Assembly (NCBI GenBank): GCA_964016885.1
Contig: OZ024742.1
Location: 288,610,001-288,674,000 of the forward strand
Reading direction: 5' to 3'
DNA: 64,000 bases
Source: Eledone cirrhosa
Lineage: Eukaryota
Shown here: positions 49,567-59,629 of the stretch, one piece after another
How the letters are laid out: every line of letters begins with the position of its first letter
Numbering within the stretch: position 1 is the first letter of the stretch
Made by a program: the position numbers and the translations under genes
Notes under the pieces: generated by a model
The model's input: only the letters and a program-made list of their open reading frames with translations
Database searches by the model: none
Told to the model about the DNA's origin: nothing

Positions 49567-49716
49567 GAATATTTGCTACGTCCTAAATGTCCTGTGTTGA
49601 TTATATCATATGAGATGTTTGTACGAAATGTTAAGGACTTGGAAAAGCTGAATTTTGATTTGATCATCTGTGATGAGGGCCACCGTCTGAAGAACACATC
49701 AATTAAAACATCAACA
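49567..49716 (+). CDS. RAD54B: Internal coding exon (150 bp, phase 0/0) of a SNF2-family ATPase, RAD54 subfamily, best match RAD54B
   Basis: Flanked by ...TTGACAG and GTAAGT. My translation is EYLLRPKCPVLIISYEMFVRNVKDLEKLNFDLIICDEGHRLKNTSIKTST, with no stops and the Walker B/motif II DEGH. From recall, VLIISYEM...FDLxICDEGHRLKNxxIKT fits vertebrate RAD54B better than RAD54L (SYETF...GLVICDEGHRLKNSENQT) or ARIP4. The family is secure; the paralog call is less so. Confidence 0.88.
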
Positions 49717-49722
49717 GTAAGT
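49717..49722 (+). promoter_or_regulatory. 5' splice donor GTAAGT
   Basis: A consensus GTAAGT follows immediately after codon 50 (ACA) of the exon. Confidence 0.85.
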
Positions 49723-49732
49723 AAAATCCATT

Positions 49733-52700
49733 TGTGGGGGATATAATTGGTCTAGTGTGGGGATATAATTGGTCTACTGTGGGGATATAATTGGTCTAGT
49801 GTGGGGATATAATTGGTCTATTGTGGGGATATAATTGGTCTACTGTGGGGATATAATTGGTCTACTGTGGGGATATAATTGGTATAGTGTGGGGATATAA
49901 TTGGTCAAGTGTGGGGATATAATTGGTCTAGTGTGGGAATATAATTGGTCTACTGTAGGGATATAATTGGTCTACTGTGGGGATATAATTGGTTTAGTGT
50001 GGGGATATAATTGGTCTGCTGTGGCGATATAATTGGTCGAGTGTGGGGATATAATTGAACTGCTGTGGCGATATGATAGATCTTCTGTGGGAATATAATT
50101 GGTCGAGTGTGGGGATTTAATTGGTCTAGTGTGGGGATATAATTTGTCTACTGTGGGGAGATTATTGTTCTAGTGTGGGGATATAATTGGTCTAGTGTGG
50201 GGTATAATTTGTCTACTGTGGGGATATAATTGGTCTACTGTTGGGATATAATTTCTCTACTGTGGGGATATAATTGGTCTAGTGTGGGGTATAATTTGTC
50301 TACCGTGGGGATATAATTGGTCTACTGTGCGGATATTATTGGTCGAGTGGGGGGATATAATTTGTGTACTGTAGGGATATAATTGGTCTACTGTGGGGAT
50401 ATAATTGGTCGAGTGTGGGGATATAATTGGTCTACTGTTGGGATATAATTTGTCTACTGTGGGGAGATTATTGGTCTATTGTGGGGATATAATTGGTCTA
50501 CTGTGGGGATATAATTGGTCTACTGTAGGGATATAATTGGTCGAGTGTGGGGATTTAATTTGTCTACTGTGGGGATATAATTGGTCCACTGTGGCGATAG
50601 AATTGGTTGAGCGTGGGGATATAATTGGTCTACTGTGGGGGTATAATTGGTCTAGTATGGGGATATAATTGGTCGAGTGTGGGGATATAATTGGTCTACT
50701 GTGGGGATATAATTGGTCTAGTATGGGGACATAATTCGTCGAGTGTGGGGGTATAATTGATCTCCTGTGGGGATGTAATTGGTCGAGTGTGGGGATATAA
50801 TTGGTCTAGTGTGGGAATATAATTCGTCTAGTGTGGGGATATAATTGGTCAACTCTGGGGATATAATTGGTCGAGTGTGGGGATATAATTGGTCTAGTAT
50901 GGGGACATAATTGGTCGTGTGAGGGGATATAATTGGTCTACCGTGGGGATATTATTGGTCTACTGTGGGGATATAATTGGTCTAGTATGGGCACATAATT
51001 CGTCGAGTGTGGGGATATAATTGGTCGAGTATGGGGATATAATTTGTCTACTGCGGGGATGTAATTGGTCTAGTGTGGGTGTATAATTGGTCTACTGTGG
51101 GGATATAATTGGCCTACTGTGGGGATATAATTGGTCTACTGTGGGGATATAATTGGTCTACCTTTGTGGTATAATTGGTCTAATGTGAGGATATAATTTG
51201 TGTACTGTAGGGATATAATTGGTCTACTGTGGGGATATAATTGGTCGAGTGTGGGGATATAATTGGTCTACTTTTGGGATATAATTTGTCTACTGTGGGG
51301 ATATAATTGGTCTAGTGTGGGCATATAATTGGTCTACTGTGGCGATATAAATGGTCTACTGTGGGGATTTAATTGGTTTAGTGTGGGGACACAATTGGTC
51401 TATTGTGGGGATATAATTTGACTACTGTGGGGAGATTATTGGTCTATTGTGGGGATATAATTGGTCTACTGTGGGGATATAATTGGTCTACCTTTGTGGT
51501 ATAATTGGTCTAATGTGAGGATATAATTGGTCTACTGTGGGGATTTAATTGCTCTACAGTGGGGATATAATTGGTCTACCTTTGTGGTATAATTGGTCCA
51601 ATGTGAGGATATAATTGGTCTACTGTGGGGATTTAATTGCTCTACAGTGGGGATATAATTGGTCGAGTGTGGGGATATAATTGGTCTAGTGTGGGGATAT
51701 AATTGGTCTATTGTGGGGGTATAATTGGTCTACTGTGGGGATTTAATTGCTCTAATGTGGGGATTTAATTGGTTTAGTGTGGGGACATAATTGGTCTAGT
51801 GTGGGGATATAATTTGTCTAGTATGGGGACATAATTCGTCGAGTGTGGGGGTATAATTGTTCTATTGTGGGGATGTAATTGGTCGAGTGTGGGGATTTAA
51901 TTTGTCTACTGTGGGGATATAATTGGTCTACTGTGGGGATAGAATTGGTCTGCTGTGGGGATATAATTGGTCGAGTGTGGGGATATAATTGGTCTACTGT
52001 GGGGATATAATTAGTCTAGTATGGGGACATAATTCGTCGAGTGTGGGGGTATAATTGGTCTATTGTGGGGATGTAATTGGTAGAGCGTGGGGGTTATAAT
52101 TGGTCTGCTGTGGGGATATAATTGGCCTACTGTGGGGATATAATTGGTCGAGTATGGGGCTATATTTGTTCTACTGTGGGGATATAATTGGTCTACAGTG
52201 GGGGTATAATTGGTCTGCTGTGGGGATATAATTGGTCTACTGTTGGGATATAATTGGTTTATTATGGGGACATAATTGGTCGAGTGTGGGGATATAATTG
52301 GGCTACTGCAACGATATAATTGGTCGAGTGTGGGGATATAATTGGTCTACTGTGGGGATATAATTGGTCTACTGTGGGGATATAATTGGTCAAGTGTGAA
52401 GATATAATTGGTCTACCGTGGGGAAAAAATTGTTCTACTGCGCGGATATAATTAGTCTACTGTAGGGATATCATTTTTCTAGTGTAGGGATTTAATTACT
52501 CTATTGTGGGGATATAAGGGGTCTACTGTGGTGCGACAATTGGTCTTCTGTGGGGATATAATTGGTCTAGTGTGGGGATATAATTGGTCTACTGTGGGGA
52601 TATAATTGGTTTCCTGTCGGGATATAATTGGTCTAGTGTCGGGATATAATTGGTCTAGTGTCGGGATATAATTGGTCTCCAATGGGGATATAATTGGTCG

Positions 52701-53605
52701 AGTGTAGGGATATAATTGGTCTAGTGTGGGTATATAATTCGTCTAGTGTGGTGATATAATTGGTCAACTCTGGGGATATAATTGGTCTAGTATGGGGATA
52801 TAATTGGTCGAGTGTTGGGATATAATTGGTCTAGTATGGGGACATAATTTGTCGAGTGAGGGAATATAATTGGTCTACTGTTTGGGATATTATTGGTCTA
52901 CTGTGGGGATATAATTGGTCTAGTATGGGCACATAATTCGTCGAGTGTGGGGATATAATTTGTCTACTGTAGTGATATAATTGGTCTACTGTGGGGATAT
53001 AATTGGTCTAGTGTGGGGATATAATTGGTCTAGTGTGGGGATATAATTGGTCTACTGTGAGGATATAATTGGTCTACTGTGGGGATTTAATTGGTCTAGT
53101 GTGGGGATATAACTTGTCTACTGTGGGGATTTAATTGGTTTAGTGTGGGGATATAATTGGTCTACTGTTCAGATATAATTGGTCTACTGTGGGGATATAA
53201 TTGGCCTACTGTGGCGATATAATTGGTCTACTGCTTAGATGCAATTGGTCTACTGTGGCGATATAATTGGTCTACTGCTTAGATGTAATTAGTCTACTGT
53301 GGGGATGTAATTGGTTTAGTGTGGAGATATAATTGGTCTAGTGTGGGGATATAATTGTTCTACTGTGGGGATATAATTGGTCTAGTGTGGGGATATAATT
53401 GGTCTACTGTGGGATTATAATTGGTCTACTGTGGGGATATAAGTGGTCGAGTGTGGGGATATAATTGGTCTGCTGTGGCGATATAATTGGTCGAGTGTGG
53501 GGATATAATTGATCTACTGTGGCGATATAATAGATCTACTGTGGCAATATAATTGGTCGACTGTGGGGATTTAATTGGTCTAGTGTGGGGATATAATTGG
53601 TCTAC
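49733..53605. repeat. Satellite B, 22 bp monomer GGTCTACTGTGGGGATATAATT, segment 1
   Basis: ATATAATTGG recurs every 22 bp (49,741, 49,763, ...). Common variants are GGTCTAGT and GGTCGAGT. It is visibly more diverged than satellite A. Confidence 0.98.
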
Positions 53606-54169
53606 TATAGAGATTTAGCAGGGTAGAAGTAATGAAGGTCGTTAGTTGACAGTGTGGTAAAATGATAGTATCTTCGTTGGATTGTCTTGTCGACATAGAC
53701 GTGAGGGAAGGTCCCTCGACCTATTTACCATCTTTGTATTTACAATATTCCTTTTGTCAGGTCGCCAATTCCAGCAGCATGGATTATAGATGTTATTGAG
53801 ACACGAGTAACACAATAATGATTTCAACAGCAGAAATCAGAGATGAAATGTATGTTTATTTTTGATGTAGCACAAACAATGTTTGTTAACTTATATGGTT
53901 GAAGTTACATATAAAAAGAGGTTACAAAAGGGAATGTGCCATTGCGCCGGAGAGCCGGCGAGGCTAGGGGTGCAAAATCTCACCGTTACATTGTGCGTGC
54001 TGCTGGTTCGAAGTTCCTGGTACAAGAGAGAGATTCTTCAAATCTTCGCGGGGAATTTATTCCTCAGGGTGCGTAGGGATACATCCTCTTCTACTGGCGC
54101 TGATTGGCTGAACTGAGCCAAATCACGCACAGAGAATGTATGTGAGCCCGCGGAATGTAGGTCACTACA
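53606..54169 (-). mobile_element. About 564 bp non-satellite insertion, possibly a solo or partial LTR
   Basis: Boundaries with satellite B are sharp. The minus strand begins TGTAGTGA, and the termini TATAGAGA/TCACTACA are a 6/8 inverted match. The minus strand has CAGCCAATCA (54,101-54,110), AATAAA (53,855-53,860) and a PBS-like TGGCGACCTGACA (53,755-53,767). There is no clear target-site duplication. Confidence 0.45.
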
Positions 54170-57100
54170 GGGATATAAATGGTCTACTGTGGGGATATAA
54201 TTAGTTTAGTGTGGGGACATAATTGGTCTAGTGTGGGGATATAATTTGTCTACTGTGGGGAGATTATTGTTCTAGTGTGGGGATATAATTGGTCTAGAGT
54301 GGGGTATAATTTGTCTACTGTGGGGATATAATTGGTCTCTGTGGGGATATAGTTGGTCTACTATGGGTATATAATTGGTCTGCTGTGGCGATATAATTGG
54401 TCGAGTGTGGGGATATAATTGATCTGCTGTGGCGATATAATAGATCTTCTGTGGGAATATAATTGGTCGAGTGTGGGGATATAATTGGTCTGCTGTGGCG
54501 ATATAATTGGTCGAGTGTGGGGATATAATTGATCTGCTGTGGCGATATGATAGATCTTCTGTGGGAATATAATTGGTCGAGTGTGGGGATATAATTTGTC
54601 TACTGTGGGGAGATTATTGTTCTAGTGTGGGGATATAATTGGTCTAGTGTGGGATATAATTTGTCTACTGTGGGGATATAATTGGTCTACTGTGGGGATA
54701 TTATTGGTCGAGTGTGGGGATATAATTGGTCGAGTGTGGGGATATAATTGGTCTACTGTTGGGATATTATTTGTCTACTGTGGGGATATAATTGGTCTAG
54801 TGTGGGGATATAATTGGTCTACTGTGGGGATTTAATTTGTCTAGTGTGGGCATATAATTGGTCTACTGTGGCGATATAAATGGTCAACCTTTGGGGTATA
54901 ATTGGTCTAATGTGAGGATATAATTGGTCTACTGTGGGGATTTAATTGCTCTACAGTGGGAATATAATTGGTCTACTGTTGGGATATAATTGGTCGAGTG
55001 TGGGGATATAATTGGTCTATTGTGGGGGTATAATTGGTCTACTGTGGGGATTTAATTGCTCTAATGTGGGGATTTAATTGGTTTAGTGTGGGGACATAAT
55101 TGGTCTAGTGTGGGGATATAATTTGTCTACTGTGGGGAGATTATTGGTCTATTGTGGGGATATAATTGGTCTACTGTGGGGATATAATTGGTCTACTGTA
55201 GGGATATAATTGGTCGAGTGTGGGGATTTAATTTGTCTACTGTGGAGATATAATTGGTCTACTGTGGGGATATAATTGGTCTACCGTGGGGATATAATTG
55301 GTCGAGTGTGGGGATATAATTGGTCTACTGTGGGGATATAATTGGTCTACTGTGGGGATATAATTGGTCTAGTATGGGGACATAATTCGTCGAGTGTGGG
55401 GGTATAATTGGTCTATTGCGGGGATGTAATTGGTCGAGTGTGGGGGTTATAATTGGTCTGCTGTGGGGATATAATTGGCCTACTGTGGGGATATAATTGG
55501 TCCAGTGTGGGGGTATAATTGGTCTACTGTGGGGATATAATTTGTGTAGTATGGTGACATAATTGGTCAAGTGTCGCGATATGATTGGTCGAGTGTGGGG
55601 CTATATTTGTTCTACTGTGGGGATATAATTGGTCTACAGTGGGGGTATAATTGGTCTGCTGTGGGGATATAATTGGTCGAGTGTAGGGGTATAATTGGTC
55701 TACTGTGGGGATATAATTGGTCTTCTGTGGAGATATAATCGGTCTAGTATGGGGACATAATTGGTCGAGTGTGGGGACATAATTGGTCTACTGTGGGGAT
55801 ATAATTGGTCTACTGCAACGATATAATTGGTCGAGTGTGGGGATATAATTGGTCAAGTATGGGCATATAATTGGTCTACTGTGGGGATAGTATTGGTCAA
55901 GTGTGAAGATATAATTGGTCTACTGTGGGGATGAAATTGTTCTACTGCGCGGATATAATTAGTCTACTGTAGGGATATAATTTTTCTAATGTGGAGATTT
56001 AATTAGTCTATTGTGGGGATGTAATTGGTCTAGTGTTGGGATATAAGGGGTCTACTGTGGGGCGACAATTGGTCTTCTGTGGGGATATATTTGGTCTACT
56101 GTGGGGATCTAATTGGTCTACTGTGGGGATATAATTGGCCTCCTGTCGGGATATAATTGGTCTAGTGTTGGGATATTATTGGTCTACTGCTGAGATGTAA
56201 TTGGTCTACTGAGGGGATATAATTGGTCTACTGTGGGGGTATAATTGATCTCCTGTGGGGATATAATTGGTCGAGTATGGGGATATAATTGGTCTAGTGT
56301 GGGAATATAATTCGTCTAGTGTGGGGATATAATTGGTCAACTCTGGGGATATAATTGGTGGAGTGTGGGGATATAATTGGTCTAGTATGGGGATATAATT
56401 GGTCGAGTGTTGGGATATAATTGGTCTAGTATGGGGACATAATTGGTCTACTGTTTGGGATATTCTTGGTCTACTGTGGGGATATAATTGGTCTAGTATG
56501 GGCACATAATTCGTCGAGTGTGGGGATATAATTGGTCGAGTATGGGGATATAATTGGTCTACTGCGGGGATGTAATTGGTCGTGTGTGGGTGTATAATTG
56601 GTCTACTGTGGGGATATAATTGGCCTACTGTGGGGATATTATTGGTCGAGTGTGGGGATATGATTTGTCTACTGTAGGGATATAATTGGTCTACCGTGGG
56701 GATATAATTGGTCGAGTGTGGGGATATAATTGGTCTACTGTGGGGATAGAATTGGTTGAGTGTGGGGATATAATTGGTCTACTGTGGGGATATAATTGGT
56801 CTAGTATGGGGACATAATTCGTCGAGTGTGGGGGTATAATTGGTCTATTGCGGGGATGTAATTGGTCGAGTGTGGGGGTTATAATTGGTCTGCTGTGGGG
56901 ATATAATTGGCCTACTGTGGGGATATAATTGGTCGAGTGTGGGGGTATAATTGGTCTACTGTGGGGATATAATTGGTCTAGTATGGGGACATAATTGGTC
57001 AAGCGTCGCGATATGATTGGTCGAGTGTGGGGCCATATTTGTTCTACTGTGGGGATATAATTGGTCTACAGTGGGGGTATAATTGGTCGAGTGTAGAGGT

Positions 57101-59311
57101 ATAATTGGTCTTCTGTGGAGATATAATTGGTCTAGTATGGGGACATAATTGGTCGAGTGTGGGGATATAATTGGTCTACTGTGGGGATATAATTGGTCTA
57201 CTGCAACGATATAATTGGTCGAGTGTGGGGATATAATTGGTCAAGTATGGGCATATAATTGGTCTACTGTGGGGATATTATTAGTCTAGTGTGGGGATAT
57301 AATTGGTCTACTGTGGGGATATTATTGGTCTACTGCGCGGATATAATTAGTCTACTGTAGTGATATAATTTTTCTAGTGTGGAGATTTAATTAGTCAATT
57401 GTGGGGATGTAATTGGTCTAGTGTGGGGATATAAGGGGTCTACTGTGGGGCGACAATTGGTCTTCTGTGGGGATATATTTGGTCTACTGTGGGGATATAA
57501 TTGGTCTACTGTGGGGATATAATTGGCCTCCTGTCGGGATATAATTGGTCTAGTGTTGGGATATTATTGGTCTACTGCTGAGATGTAATTGGTCTACTTA
57601 GGGGATATAATTGGTCTACTGTGGGGGTATAATTGATCTCCTGTGGGGATATAATTGGTCGAGTGTGGGGATATAATTGGTCTAGTGTGGGAATATAATT
57701 CGTCTAGTGTGGGGATATAATTGGTCAACTCTGGGGATATAATTGGTCTAGTATGGGCACATAATTCGTCGAGTGTGCGGATATAATTGGTCTACTGCGG
57801 GGATGTAATTGGTCATGTGTGGGTGTATAATTGGTCTACTGTGGGGATATGATTGGTCTACTGTGGGGATATTATTGGTCGAGTTTGGGGATATAATTTG
57901 TCTACTGTAGGGATATAATTGGTCTACTGTGGGGATATAATTGGTCGAGTGTGGGGATATAATTGGTCGAGTGTGGGGATATAATTGGTCTACTGTGAGG
58001 ATATAATTGGTCTACTGTGGGGATTTAATTGGTCTAGTGTGGGGATATAATTTGTCTACTGTGGGGATTTAATTGGTTTAGTGTGGGGACATAATTGGTT
58101 TAGTGTGGAGATATAATTGGTCTACTGTGGGGATATAATTGTTCTACTGTGGGGATTTAATTGCTCTACTGTGGGGATATAATTCTTCTACTGTGGGGAT
58201 ATAATTGGTCTAGTGTGGGGTATAATTGATCTACTGTGGGGATTTAATTGCCCTACTGTGGGGATATAATTGGTCTACTGTGGGATTATAATTGGTCTAC
58301 TGTGGGGATATAATTGGTCGAGTGTGAGGATTTAATTGGTCTAGTGTGGGGGCATAATTGGTTTACTGTTGGGATATAATTGGTCTAGTGTGGGGATATA
58401 ATTGCTCTACTGTGGGGATATAATTGGTCTAGTATGTGTACATAATTGGTAGAGACTGGGCATATAATTGGTCTATTGTGGGGATATAATTGGTGTACTG
58501 TGGGGATATAATTGGTCTAGTGTGGGGATATAATTGGTCTACTGGTGGGATATAACTGGTCTACTGTGGGGAAATAATTTGTCTAGTGTGGGGTATAATT
58601 TGTCTACTGTGGGGATATAATTGGATTAGTTTGGGATATAATTGGTCTACTGTGGGGATATAAATGGTCTAGTGTGGGGATATAATTGGTTGAATGTGTG
58701 GGGATATAATTGGTCGAGTGTGGCGATTTAATTGGTCTACTGTGGGGATATAAATGATCTACTGTGGGGATATAATTGGTCTAATTTGGGGAAATAATTG
58801 GTCTAGTGTGGGAATATAATTGGTCTACTGTGGAATATTCTTGGTCTAATGTGGGGATATAATTGGTCTAGTGTGGGGATGTAATTGGTCCACTGTGGGG
58901 ATATAATTGGTCTACTGTGGGGTTTTAATTGGTCTAGTGTGGGTATATAATTGGTCTACTGTGGGGATTTAATTGCTCTGCTGTGGGGATATAATTGGTC
59001 TACTGTGGGGATATAATTGGTCTACTGTGGGGGATATAATTTCCCTACTGTGGGGATATAATTTGTCTACTGTGGGGATATAATTGGTCTACTGTGGGGA
59101 TTTAATTGCTCTACTGTGGGGATATAATTGGTCGAGTGTGGGGATTTAATCGGTCTAGTGTGGCGGCATAATTGGTCTAGTGTTGGGATATCATTGGTCT
59201 ACTGTGGGGATATAATTGCTCTACTGTGGGGATATAATTGGTCTACTGTGGGGATATAATTGGTCTAGTGTGGGGATATAGTTGGTTGAGTGTGGGGATA
59301 TAATTGGTCTA
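54170..59311. repeat. Satellite B, segment 2, including a 1,388 bp tandem duplication
   Basis: The 22 bp periodicity continues. Rare markers CTGCAACG occur at 55,813/57,201 and AAGGGGTCTAC at 56,045/57,433. Confidence 0.98.
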
Positions 59312-59331
59312 ATCATCATCATCATCATCAT
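59312..59331 (-). repeat. (GAT)n 3' tail of the RTE element
   Basis: The plus strand reads ATCATCATCATCATCATCAT and abuts satellite B directly. Short tandem-repeat tails are typical of RTE elements. Confidence 0.85.
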
Positions 59332-59629
59332 AACCGGTTTACGTCCGTTCTTCCACGCTATCATGGGTTAGAAGGGTTGTCCTGTTGTGGGCAGTGTCTG
59401 GTCGGCTGACCATGCCTTGCTCATACAGGAACTGATTTGGCTTGATTTCTACAGCTGGATGCCCTTCCTAACACCAACCTCATTTACAGTGAGTGCTGGG
59501 TGCTTTTTCGTGGTGCCTACACGTCCACTTTACCGCGTGGGCTGGGTGCTTTTTTGCCGTGGCACCTCCACGACCACCTTGCGGTGGGGGCATATAGTCT
59601 ATATGCTTCAGCTTGTACCCATGGGAGGT

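Noticed and set aside
405-49586. Hundreds of 60-209 aa ORFs (THTHTIVGGVPTVTD, HYSRWCTNSHR, CVCDCWYTTYYS), superficially like His/Cys-rich metal-binding proteins
   Set aside because: They are translations of the satellite. The 45 bp monomers keep frame and 43 bp monomers shift it, the ORFs occur on both strands in overlapping frames, and frame is not conserved.
53745-53800. Possible next host exon after the acceptor-like TATTCCTTTTGTCAG (ends 53,760)
   Set aside because: The phase-0 reading VANSSSMDYRCY* stops quickly, and I found no SNF2 motif III (LTGTP) in the insert. It could at most be a cryptic acceptor.
53642-54116. ORFs 53,642-53,827 (-) and 53,883-54,116 (+) in the insert
   Set aside because: Short, with no recognisable domain; consistent with chance.
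52479-57002. ORFs in satellite B (TNYIPTVDQLYPHSRPII)
   Set aside because: These are 66 bp (three-monomer) periodic translations with frequent stops.
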